Source: Candidatus Poribacteria bacterium
GTDB taxonomy: Bacteria > Poribacteria > WGA-4E > WGA-3G
Length of the DNA stretch: 64,000 nucleotides
Assembly: GCA_965205015.1 (NCBI GenBank)
Contig: OZ242029.1
Location: 1,952,001 to 2,016,000, forward strand
Reading direction: 5' to 3'
The notes below the pieces were generated by a model. It was not told the origin of the DNA. It worked only from the letters and a program-made list of their open reading frames with translations, and searched no databases. This document shows, one piece after another, positions 28,051 to 37,224 of the stretch. Every line of letters starts with the position of its first letter. Positions within the stretch are counted from its first letter, which is position 1. Made by a program: the position numbers and the translations under genes.

Positions 28051-28306
28051 TGTTTTTCGTATCCTTATCCCACATTAAATCCAAACTTTCGGAGCAGAGG
28101 CGAAAATATGAAGCGGAAAGGCCCGCTACCGCGTGTGTCTACATTTTTTAAATGTAGAGGCGGGTTTTCGCGCGTCCATTTTCGTTATGGCACTTGCATG
28201 GGTGGGCAGATTGCCCACCCGCCCTCTCTGATACAAAAGGTTTGGCGAGGCACAAAGCCCTTGCTCCACAAGGCGGAGCGAGAATAGACACGTAGACTTA
28301 GGAGAC

Positions 28307-29437
28307 GTGGAATTGAGCAAAAATTTTCTGTTTACGTCCGAATCCGTCACTGAAGGACACCCGGACAAAATCGCGGACCAGATTTCTGACGCCGTACTTG
28401 ATACCATTTTCACAACCGATCCCGTGGCGAGAGTCGCTTGTGAAACCTTGGTCACAACTGGACTTGCCGTCATTACTGGTGAAATCACAACTACAGCAAA
28501 CTACGATGCACAACAAATCGCACGAAAAGTACTAACGGATATCGGTTATACCGATATTGAATACGGCTTTGATGCCGAACGAAGTGCCGTATTGAGCATC
28601 ATTGATAAGCAATCACCTGATATAGCAATGGGCGTAAACCCTGGCGGTGCAGGCGATCAAGGATTAATGTTTGGATACGCATGTACCGAAACACCAGAAT
28701 TGATGCCACTACCGATTATGCTCGCCCATCAATTAACCCAGCGTTTGGCTAAAGTTCGCAAAGATCGTACCCTCCCTTTTATCCGTCCCGATGGAAAATC
28801 TCAAGTAACAGTAGAATATGTTGACAGTAAACCTAAGGCTGTCACTACAGTTGTCATTTCTGCCCAACACGATCCTGACGTTGCGGATAGCGAACTCCGT
28901 GAAGCAATTATTGAAGAGGTTATCAAAGAAATTCTCCCTGAAAATCTCCAAAGTCCAGATATTAAATATCATATCAATCCAACCGGACGTTTTGTGACTG
29001 GAGGTCCCCAAGGGGATGCCGGATTAACCGGACGAAAAATTATTGTTGATACATACGGAGGGATGGGACGGCATGGCGGAGGCGCACTTTCTGGCAAAGA
29101 TCCAACCAAAGTAGATCGGAGTGCGGCTTACGCTGCACGACACGTTGCGAAGAACCTTGTCGCCGCTGGCCTCGCAGAACGGTGCGAAATTCAAATCGCT
29201 TACGCAATCGGTAGAAAAGACCCTATCTCTGTCATGGTGGATACGTTTGGTACTGGCGATGCAGAGGCTCTCACGAAACTTGTCAACGCACACTTCGATT
29301 TAACACCGGCGGGCATCATAGAACGATTGAAATTACGCCAGCCTATTTATCAAAATACTGCCGCATATGGACATTTTGGACGTGAAGAACCCGGTTTCAC
29401 TTGGGAAGAAACTGACTACGTCGAAAAACTCCGATAG
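28307..29437 (+). CDS. metK: S-adenosylmethionine synthetase
   Basis: [35 protein letters not shown] and [10 protein letters not shown] motifs. Confidence 0.98.
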   Translation: MELSKNFLFTSESVTEGHPDKIADQISDAVLDTIFTTDPVARVACETLVTTGLAVITGEITTTANYDAQQIARKVLTDIGYTDIEYGFDAERSAVLSIIDKQSPDIAMGVNPGGAGDQGLMFGYACTETPELMPLPIMLAHQLTQRLAKVRKDRTLPFIRPDGKSQVTVEYVDSKPKAVTTVVISAQHDPDVADSELREAIIEEVIKEILPENLQSPDIKYHINPTGRFVTGGPQGDAGLTGRKIIVDTYGGMGRHGGGALSGKDPTKVDRSAAYAARHVAKNLVAAGLAERCEIQIAYAIGRKDPISVMVDTFGTGDAEALTKLVNAHFDLTPAGIIERLKLRQPIYQNTAAYGHFGREEPGFTWEETDYVEKLR

Positions 29438-29477
29438 ATTGGAAAAATAGAAATACCCATAGACAAAAAGGATAATA

Positions 29478-30740
29478 ATGAACTACGATATAAAGACAAC
29501 GGAACTCGCATCGGCTGGTAAACAACGCATCGACTGGGCAAACCGATTCATGCCCGTTTTGGATTCTATCCGCGACCGGTTTGAAAGTGAGCGTCCGTTG
29601 GAAGGATTGAGAGTTGCAGCGTGTCTACATGTCACAACGGAAACAGCCAACTTGATGAAAACACTGAAGGCTGGTGGAGCCGAGGCGGTTGTCTGTGCAT
29701 CAAATCCGCTCAGTACACAGGACGACGTCGCCGCATCTCTCGTTGTCGACGAGGAGATAGGCGTTTTTGCTATTGACGGAGAGGATATAGAAACCTTTTA
29801 CAAACACATTGATGCCGCTCTTGAGACGCGACCAGCGGTCACCATGGACGATGGGGCGGATCTCGTCTCAAGACTCCATTCTGAAGAGACAAATCCAGCT
29901 TTAGTCGAGCAGATCGTTGCAGGCACCGAAGAGACAACAACGGGGGTCATCCGGCTCAAAAGCATGGCAGCTGAAGGCGTACTGAAGTATCCGATTATCG
30001 CCGTAAATGACGCACAGACGAAGCATTTTTTCGATAATCGATACGGAACTGGACAAAGCACACTCGACGGTATTATCAGAGCAACAAATCTGCTAATTGC
30101 CGGAACAACGGTCGTCGTTGCAGGCTACGGATGGTGCGGTAGAGGTGTCGCGAACCGCGCACGCGGTTTGGGGGCAAACGTTATCGTAACCGAGGTTACC
30201 GCTTTGAGAGCATTGGAAGCTGTCATGGATGGATTTCGTGTAATGCCGATGCAGAAAGCGGTTCAGGAAGCGGATCTGCTTGTAACGCTCACGGGGGATA
30301 TTCATGTCTTACGTAAGGAACATTTTGAAGCGATGAAGGATGGCGCAATTATCGCGAATTCTGGGCATTTCGATGTTGAGATTGACATTCCCGCACTTGA
30401 AGAATTGAGTGTTGATAAAGGAAGCGCGCGTCCCTATGTAGAGGTCTACACCCTCGAAGATGGCAGGAAACTCTATCTTGTTGGCGAAGGCAGATTGGTA
30501 AATCTCGCTGCTGCTGAAGGGCATCCGGCGAGTGTCATGGACATGAGTTTCGCGAACCAAGCGTTGTGTCTTGAGTACATCGCCCAAAATCAGGATAATT
30601 TTGAGAATCGTGTATATGATGTCCCTGAATCTATAGATGAAACCGTAGCACAACTCAAGTTGGAAGCCTTCGGTGTTGAGATTGATACACTCACGGCGGA
30701 ACAGGAAAAATACCTCAACTCGTGGGAAATGGGAACTTAG
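29478..30740 (+). CDS. ahcY: S-adenosylhomocysteine hydrolase
   Basis: [41 protein letters not shown] and GRLVNL motifs. Confidence 0.97.
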   Translation: MNYDIKTTELASAGKQRIDWANRFMPVLDSIRDRFESERPLEGLRVAACLHVTTETANLMKTLKAGGAEAVVCASNPLSTQDDVAASLVVDEEIGVFAIDGEDIETFYKHIDAALETRPAVTMDDGADLVSRLHSEETNPALVEQIVAGTEETTTGVIRLKSMAAEGVLKYPIIAVNDAQTKHFFDNRYGTGQSTLDGIIRATNLLIAGTTVVVAGYGWCGRGVANRARGLGANVIVTEVTALRALEAVMDGFRVMPMQKAVQEADLLVTLTGDIHVLRKEHFEAMKDGAIIANSGHFDVEIDIPALEELSVDKGSARPYVEVYTLEDGRKLYLVGEGRLVNLAAAEGHPASVMDMSFANQALCLEYIAQNQDNFENRVYDVPESIDETVAQLKLEAFGVEIDTLTAEQEKYLNSWEMGT

Positions 30741-30850
30741 TGCCGTTTTTTTTACATGAGTTCCGTAAAGGGACTTCGTAGCATAAACTGTTAGTTTGTG
30801 CTATCCCCCGTGCAAACTAAAGCACAGATACTCTCTTTGTGAGGGCACCT

Positions 30851-31081
30851 ATGAAAAAATCAGAAATCTTGGAGGGAGTGATATTACTCGTGTCGGCGGT
30901 GCTACTGTTACCGATCTGGATGGCATCCTCTCAACAGATGCAACTTCCACCGACCTTGCTAAAGGTCTTAAGTTTCTTGCAGTATCCAGTCATCATTGTG
31001 CTGGGTGTTATTTTCATTCGCCGACTGCGCCGGGTTATCCGCGCGCTACGCGAAAACAAAAATAGACCCGGACCTTTTTAA
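30851..31081 (+). CDS. Small two-TM membrane protein
   Basis: Two hydrophobic helices and a basic tail. Co-oriented with neighbouring genes. Confidence 0.55.
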   Translation: MKKSEILEGVILLVSAVLLLPIWMASSQQMQLPPTLLKVLSFLQYPVIIVLGVIFIRRLRRVIRALRENKNRPGPF

Positions 31082-31169
31082 GAAAAACGAACGTGCAGCG
31101 ATGGGCGCGATTTAGAGACCAGCGTGCCTGCAAAACGCGCCTTTACGTAGAAGGGGATGAGAATTTAGA

Positions 31170-32075
31170 ATGGGAATCTTAGTCGTTGGCACAGTCACCT
31201 TAGATACCGTAGAAACACCCAGTAAACGCGTGGAGGATGTCCTGGGCGGTTCCGGGGTCTACGCTGCCGTCGCCGCGAGTTTTTTTGGGAACCCTGTTCG
31301 GCTTATTGGAGTCGTCGGTACTGATTTTCCGCACACGTACACAGATTTTCTCGGCACCCGAGGCATTGACCTTCAAGGGTTAAAACGGGTGGATAACGGC
31401 AGATCGTTCCGATGGGGTGGTCGTTACACCGACGACTTTAACGTGCGCGATACGCTTTTTACGGAATTGAATGTTGTGAGTGATTTTCAACCCGTGTTGC
31501 CTGAAACTTACAGAGAAACCCCCTACCTCTTTCTGGCAAATAATCCGCCAAGTTTACAATTGAGCATTATTGAGCAGGCAACCCAACCGAAACTGATTGT
31601 CTGTGACACGATGGATTTTTGGATTAACGAAGAGCGGGAGGCTTTAGAAACACTCTTAGCTCGGGTGGATATCCTTATCCTCAACGATAGTGAGGCACTT
31701 TTATTGACAGGTGATTCTAATTTGATGCGAGCCGCACAGATAATCCTACGTTATGGTCCAAAGCGGGTTATCATTAAGAAAGGGGAGCACGGGGCAATCA
31801 GTGTGACGGAATCATCTTTCTTTAGTGTGCCGGCATATCCGCTCACACAGGTGGTTGATCCGACCGGGGCTGGTGATAGTTTCGCTGGGGGTATGATGGG
31901 TTATCTCGCATCTATCAAAGACACGTCCGAAAAAGCAATACGCAGCGCAATGGTGTATGGGACAATTATCGCGTCTTTTAACATTGAAGACTTCAGTATC
32001 AATAGACAAAAAGAGGTGCAGTTTTCAGAGATTTCATCGCGGTATTGTGAACTTCAAGAAGCCGTCCGCTTTTAG
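31170..32075 (+). CDS. PfkB-family carbohydrate/nucleoside kinase
   Basis: LGGSG, VGTDF, KKGEHG and DPTGAGDSFAGG motifs. Confidence 0.9.
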   Translation: MGILVVGTVTLDTVETPSKRVEDVLGGSGVYAAVAASFFGNPVRLIGVVGTDFPHTYTDFLGTRGIDLQGLKRVDNGRSFRWGGRYTDDFNVRDTLFTELNVVSDFQPVLPETYRETPYLFLANNPPSLQLSIIEQATQPKLIVCDTMDFWINEEREALETLLARVDILILNDSEALLLTGDSNLMRAAQIILRYGPKRVIIKKGEHGAISVTESSFFSVPAYPLTQVVDPTGAGDSFAGGMMGYLASIKDTSEKAIRSAMVYGTIIASFNIEDFSINRQKEVQFSEISSRYCELQEAVRF

Positions 32076-33460
32076 TGTAAACTGTGGATCGCTCTATCGT
32101 ATGCTGCTTCAGCGGACTCCATCACCATTTCTGAGAGGGTTGGATGTGCGTGCACAGTACCCGCTATCTCCATCGCAGTCGCGCCCGTACGAATCGCGAC
32201 GGCGGCTTCATGAATAAGGGTTGAAGCATGGGCACCAACAATATGAACACCGAGGATATCGCCACTATCCGAATCAGAGACGATCTTAACAAACCCGTCC
32301 GTCTCGCGTAGTCCCAATGCCTTCCCATTCGCAGCGTATGGAAATCGTCCGATCTTCACTTCGTAACCCTCATCCGTCGCCTCTTTTTCTGTCATACCGA
32401 CGTGTCCGATTTCAGGTAAAGTGAAGACACACCACGGAATCACCTGATAATCCATCTCGACAGTGTCACCCAGAGAGTTTTGTGCCGCAACCTTTCCCTC
32501 TGCCGATGCAACGTGTGCCAACAGGTACCGACTCGCCACGTCTCCAACGGCATAAATACCCGGAACATTCGTCTGCATTCGGGGGTCCACGACAATTTTT
32601 CCGCTTTCTGTGCGAACGCCAACCTTTTCTAAACCTATCCCATCTGTGTTGTAACGCCTCCCAATTGAGACGAGCATCTTTTCCGCTGTCAATTCTTCAC
32701 CGGATTCAAGCACTGCTGTGACACCCGCATCCGATTTTTTGACACGGGTCAGTTTCGCACCTGTGTGGAGCGTGATACCTTTCCGTTTCATGAAAAGTTG
32801 GATATGCCGGATAACTTGAACATCTTCAGTCGCCAAAATTGTGGGGAGGAGTTCCAACACAGTCACGTTGCAACCGAGGGCATTAAAGATGGAAGCGAAT
32901 TCACATCCCGAAACGCCACCGCCAACGATCAGGAGGCTTTCGGGGAGTTCTGTCAGATCGAGAATACCCGTTGTCGTCAAGACTTGGTTCTCGTCAATTT
33001 CAAAGACAGGCGGTTCCGCAGGTTCGGAACCCGTGGCAATGATAATATTTTTCGCGTATAATTGTTCGGTTGTCCCGTCAGGTTTGCTGACGACAATCGT
33101 ATTTCTGTTGATAAGTGTTGCTGTCCCGTTAAAAGTATCAACCCCATTTGCCTTCAGCAGTTGCGCAATACCACCCGTGAGTTGCTGGATGACCGAGGTT
33201 TTATGGGTCAATACTTGGGGATAGTCAATTGTTGCGTCGCCATTGACATTCACACCGAAAGCAGACGCTTCTTGAACCTGTGTCGCCAAGTTGGCAACCG
33301 CAAAAAGGGTTTTCGTTGGAATGCACCCGCGGTTCAGGCAGGTGCCACCCCACGCTCCCTTTTCTATCAGGCAGACCTTACCGCCAAGTTGCGCCGCTTT
33401 AATAGCCGCGACGTAACCCCCGGGGCCCCCACCGATAATTCCGACATCATACGTAGCCAT
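32072..33460 (-). CDS. lpdA: Dihydrolipoamide dehydrogenase
   Basis: GGGPGGY, GGTCLNRGCIPTK, LAHVASAEG and HAHPTLSE motifs. Confidence 0.96.
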   Translation of the reverse strand: MATYDVGIIGGGPGGYVAAIKAAQLGGKVCLIEKGAWGGTCLNRGCIPTKTLFAVANLATQVQEASAFGVNVNGDATIDYPQVLTHKTSVIQQLTGGIAQLLKANGVDTFNGTATLINRNTIVVSKPDGTTEQLYAKNIIIATGSEPAEPPVFEIDENQVLTTTGILDLTELPESLLIVGGGVSGCEFASIFNALGCNVTVLELLPTILATEDVQVIRHIQLFMKRKGITLHTGAKLTRVKKSDAGVTAVLESGEELTAEKMLVSIGRRYNTDGIGLEKVGVRTESGKIVVDPRMQTNVPGIYAVGDVASRYLLAHVASAEGKVAAQNSLGDTVEMDYQVIPWCVFTLPEIGHVGMTEKEATDEGYEVKIGRFPYAANGKALGLRETDGFVKIVSDSDSGDILGVHIVGAHASTLIHEAAVAIRTGATAMEIAGTVHAHPTLSEMVMESAEAAYDRAIHSLH

Positions 33461-33590
33461 AACCGCTCCTGTTTTGTGAGATAAATTGAATTTTAGCACA
33501 AAGCATGAGGGCTGTCAAATTCAAATCGAGTTTCAGTCCCTTAGCATTAATGCTCAGTCTGCTTTAGTTCTCCCCAGACAGGTGAAAGTT

Positions 33591-34574
33591 TCACTTTAAA
33601 TCGTCTGCTTTCAACGCGCCCCAGAGTGTTGTGATTCGGTTCATCGATTCAACGGCGTGTGCCGTATCTGTCCAATCGAACTCTTGCACCTCGCCCCCAG
33701 GTAGTTTCTCAAAAACCCGTTCCTGGAGGCCCCCAGAGATGGGCACAGCAGTATTCTGAAATGATTGGAAATTCTTGGTGAAGGTTGTGTAAATGAGATA
33801 TTTTCCATCCGGGGACCAAGACAGTCCCCACCAGCCAACCGCGTCCTCTGGAATGTCTTTCACTTTTATATGTGCCACCGGTTGCAGGGTTGCCAGGGAG
33901 AGAATGCTCAGGTGGTTCTCGCGAGGAGCGGGCCAAAAAGTATGAGCGACCGCGATTTTTTGACCATCAGGTGAGAGTGCGGGAACCGTCCCCTCCCTCG
34001 AGACCCGTAAACTCTTGCCGGTGAACGGATTCAACAGAAAAACCTCGGAGACGGTTGCGTAGGCAATTTCCTTGCCATTCGGTGACCACTCGACGTTAGG
34101 AGCAGACACGTGTTTTAACAGGGTTGCTGCGGGAAGGTTGCGTTGGAGTTCACGATGTGGAATGAAATAGATGCCCCGGGCCTCCGGTGGATCTAAGAAC
34201 GCTGTGGTAAAGGCGACATCCCCGTTTTTTGAGATAGCGACATCGGAAATCCCATCAAACAAGCCCTTTGTAAGGTTACGTGTTTTTCTACGAGGTTGAG
34301 TTCTATCAAGAAGGTGGACATCCGCGACTATCCCTCTGAAAGAAATGAAGACAAGGAGAGGACCTCCTTTTTGCACGGAGAATTTCCCAATTGCTTCTAC
34401 AGGGTCTGAAAAAATCCTGTGGGCGGTGCCGGGGTCCTCTACGTGTGTCATCCAGAGTTCGTCGAAATGCTCAGGATGTCCAAAGATAACTTCCCCAGTA
34501 AGTTCCGCTTGTGTTGTTGCAAACGGAAGCAGCACCGTGAAACAAAGATAAAAACTGATGAAGACGTATTTCAT
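33591..34574 (-). CDS. Secreted TolB-like (PD40) beta-propeller protein with a conserved C-terminal tail
   Basis: Signal peptide, WSPNGK/LSPDGQ/WSPDGK repeats, and C-terminus AVESMNRITTLWGALKAD. Confidence 0.8.
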   Translation of the reverse strand: MKYVFISFYLCFTVLLPFATTQAELTGEVIFGHPEHFDELWMTHVEDPGTAHRIFSDPVEAIGKFSVQKGGPLLVFISFRGIVADVHLLDRTQPRRKTRNLTKGLFDGISDVAISKNGDVAFTTAFLDPPEARGIYFIPHRELQRNLPAATLLKHVSAPNVEWSPNGKEIAYATVSEVFLLNPFTGKSLRVSREGTVPALSPDGQKIAVAHTFWPAPRENHLSILSLATLQPVAHIKVKDIPEDAVGWWGLSWSPDGKYLIYTTFTKNFQSFQNTAVPISGGLQERVFEKLPGGEVQEFDWTDTAHAVESMNRITTLWGALKADDLK

Positions 34575-34745
34575 AGTCCCTCCTTTTGTCCTGATAGGAT
34601 TTTAGCGGGGAGGTCCATTTCCATAGGGAATTCACCTAAGTCAATCATTTTTATTTTGCCTTACCGTGAAAAATGGGGTGGTTTGCCAAAATTATAATAG
34701 GTTTTGACATGAGACCGGTCGAATCGTCAAAAAATCTTCTAACGG

Positions 34746-35177
34746 CTATTTTGCTTTCAGCCGTGCCCACTGCGTCGTGAGTTTCTCGCGCACCCTGACA
34801 GGCAAACTATTGTGGGGTGTCCAGTCCATCCCCCAATTATCGCTCGGATGGGGTGTAAGGTTCATTATCTGCCCATCGCTCAACCGATACTTATAGATTT
34901 TGTAAATATTTTCTAAACCTTTGGGCACCCCTGCAAAAAGCACGGCATTGCCATCATCTGCCCAGCAAACTTTATTGATTGTCCAGCCTTTCGGTGTATC
35001 AAGCACCCTCACATGCTGGGTCCTCACATTAACTATAAGAATAGAAGTAGCAAGAAGCCGGTTGGGAACATACTCCGCCTCGCTATAGAGAATATGTTTA
35101 CCGTCCGGAGACCATCTGGCAAAACCACTTATGATAATTGAATTGCCGAATTGCCCCAGGTCGGAAAAGTTAATGCC
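34746..35177 (-). pseudogene. 5'-truncated TolB-like propeller fragment
   Basis: The frame reads ...GFARWSPDGKHILY...CWADDG...PVRVREKLTTQWARLKAK. It is closed upstream by TGA at 35178-35180 with no signal peptide, and abuts the end of the next gene. Confidence 0.65.
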
Positions 35178-35203
35178 TCATTTGCGTTTTTTCGCAGAAT
35201 TTT

Positions 35204-36241
35204 TTAGGGGTCAGTCTGCTTTAATTCTCCCCAGAGCGTACTCAACTTTCCATGCGGTGAAACAGATAAAGAGCCTTCAGTCCAGTCGGGCCACTTCTCA
35301 TCACTCGGCTCCCGTGTCAAACGTCTCAGACTTCGTGTCTCGAGCCCATAGCGATAGAGATTATAATTCGGGATGGGTTTATCCATGAGCTTCAGTGAGA
35401 AAAGGATCGCACGGTCCTGCTCCATCCAACTTGCTCCTGTTCCTAACCATTTGTTGCCGAGTCTGTCATTAATATCGGTAATTACCTGTTTCCCGCCACC
35501 GATTCGCTGAACAATGAGTTTCTCGACATCTCCCTTTTCAAGCCATTGGACTTCAAAAAATAAGATACGTTGCCCATCTGCGGACCAGCGGGGGAAATAT
35601 CTCAAAGTGAGCGGACCCTTGAGCGGCGGATCCCGGAGGACAGGTCGCTGGTGCTGCCCATCCGCAGACATCACGTAAATGGTTTTCGGGGATATCCCGT
35701 TTTTGATTGGAACGAACCGCTCAAAAGTGATCTGTGTGCCATCGGGCGACCAGTCGGGGGACGCGGACCCTACCCCATCTTCAATACCCGTCAACTGTGT
35801 GACAGCACGCGTCGCAAGTTCTATGACGAATACCTCCCATGCTCCACTGCGGGTACTCGAAAAGGCGATCCTTTTTCCATCCGGGGCCCAGGACGGAACT
35901 CCGTCAAGGACGTTGTTATGGGTGAGGCGTTGCGGGGCTGTTCCGTCTGCGTTCATGATGAATATCTCTGCTGTGGTTTGACTCTTCGTCTTATCCATAT
36001 ATCGCGTGAAAGCGATCCTTTTTCCATCGGGCGACCAGCGGGGATACCGGTGTGTCGCTTGCGTGCTGTGTGTGAGCCTGCGTCTGCGGGAACCGTCATC
36101 GTTCATGACGTAAATGTCACCATCGCCACAAAACACGATCTTCGCCTCTATGGAAGTTGTAGTCCCGGCGAGACAGAACACACAGCAAACAAAGAAAAAT
36201 CTTATTGTTCGTGAAAGAAAGATTGTTTTTAGCTGGTTCAT
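35204..36241 (-). CDS. Secreted TolB-like (PD40) beta-propeller protein with a conserved C-terminal tail
   Basis: Signal peptide from ATG 36241 (GGAGG RBS), PRWSPDGKRIAF / PSWAPDGKRIAF / PDWSPDG repeats, and C-terminus SVSPHGKLSTLWGELKQ. Confidence 0.88.
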   Translation of the reverse strand: MNQLKTIFLSRTIRFFFVCCVFCLAGTTTSIEAKIVFCGDGDIYVMNDDGSRRRRLTHSTQATHRYPRWSPDGKRIAFTRYMDKTKSQTTAEIFIMNADGTAPQRLTHNNVLDGVPSWAPDGKRIAFSSTRSGAWEVFVIELATRAVTQLTGIEDGVGSASPDWSPDGTQITFERFVPIKNGISPKTIYVMSADGQHQRPVLRDPPLKGPLTLRYFPRWSADGQRILFFEVQWLEKGDVEKLIVQRIGGGKQVITDINDRLGNKWLGTGASWMEQDRAILFSLKLMDKPIPNYNLYRYGLETRSLRRLTREPSDEKWPDWTEGSLSVSPHGKLSTLWGELKQTDP

Positions 36242-36344
36242 TGTGTTCCTCCTTATGCACAGATGATGCTTGGGGGAACCCGCGGCGATGCGGTTCTTGT
36301 CTTCGCCGCGGGCATTATCAGAGGGATCTGAGAGAAATCGACTC

Positions 36345-36818
36345 CTAAAGTTCAAAACGAGTGGAGCATTGCGCAGTAGGCCACGCAACCTTCTCCTTCG
36401 TCGCAAGGTCTCTTACCTCCAGTTCTGTCCGCGCGGTAATCTGACCGGGTCCTTCTCTTTTGTTTCTCAGAAGGAACGAGAAATTGTCATGGGCAGACCC
36501 AAAACTATTCCCATCTACATTTTTCTCTTTTTCTTTGGCTGGTGGTGTCGTAGACCCACCGTTCCAACGCACTGTCACCCTGAACGTGCCATATAATTTA
36601 ACCTCCCCTGGGCCATAATTGTCAATGGCGACAGAATGACTGCTGTGGGCAGTTTCTGTTAAGGTATCAAACCATGTCGCGACGTAGGTAGATCCATAAA
36701 CGTTTCCAGCAAATTTAGTGGCCGGTCTAAAATCCGAATTGAAAGCGTAGAGATCAGTGAGAAAGAGACCAGTTGTTGCGAAAAGTGCCGCCAGTGTAAA
36801 AACAAAAAAGCGTTTCAT
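36345..36818 (-). CDS. Secreted hypothetical beta-rich protein
   Basis: MKRFFVFTLAALFA signal peptide after a GGAG RBS. 157 aa. Confidence 0.65.
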   Translation of the reverse strand: MKRFFVFTLAALFATTGLFLTDLYAFNSDFRPATKFAGNVYGSTYVATWFDTLTETAHSSHSVAIDNYGPGEVKLYGTFRVTVRWNGGSTTPPAKEKEKNVDGNSFGSAHDNFSFLLRNKREGPGQITARTELEVRDLATKEKVAWPTAQCSTRFEL

Positions 36819-37075
36819 TTTATAATCTCCTTTTGACTCGCTATCAGGAGTCTTCATTTGAATACCGAGAATTCGTTGTTGAATGTCATCAAATTTCGAT
36901 TGGGGAAAGTTTCGCCTCCCCTTATCTATTAATATAGACATGAAACTGCAAAAGTTAAGGCCTAATTTACACTTTTTGGCAGAATTTTCGTAATTTTTTT
37001 TCAATTTTCTCCTCAAAACCGCTAAAAATCTGTGAAATATGGGCGTAATGTTGACTTGATAACCGATTTCCTCAC

Positions 37076-37121
37076 AATCCGCGTCATCCGTGTAATCCGC
37101 GATAATCTGTGATTCAGACAA
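37076..37121. repeat. Short degenerate tandem 9-10-bp repeat
   Basis: AATCCGCGT-CATCCGTGT-AATCCGCGAT-AATCTGTGAT-TCAGACAA in an intergenic position. Confidence 0.6.
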
Positions 37122-37163
37122 ACAATTGCCAAAATTTTTACACATCTGCGGAATTCTCCACAT

Positions 37164-37192
37164 TTGACAAAAAACACAGAGACTGCTATAGT
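37164..37192 (+). promoter_or_regulatory. sigma70 promoter for ggt
   Basis: TTGACA-N17-TATAGT with an extended TG. Confidence 0.7.
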
Positions 37193-37224
37193 AAATAGAA
37201 CGGTCTTAATCAAGGAGTCAAAAG

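Noticed and set aside
28051-28306. SAM-I or SAH riboswitch upstream of metK-ahcY
   Set aside because: CTTATC is present but the AGAG...GGCCC...GCAACC...GTGC...GAT core is not. The hairpins look REP-like.
35178-35180. In-frame TGA upstream of the propeller fragment as a second Sec codon
   Set aside because: No SECIS-like hairpin follows, and the upstream frame runs into the end of the neighbouring gene. Truncation explains it better.
36819-37163. N-terminal extension of ORF 36345-37163
   Set aside because: It crosses an AT-rich promoter and repeat region. The RBS and signal peptide indicate a start at 36818.
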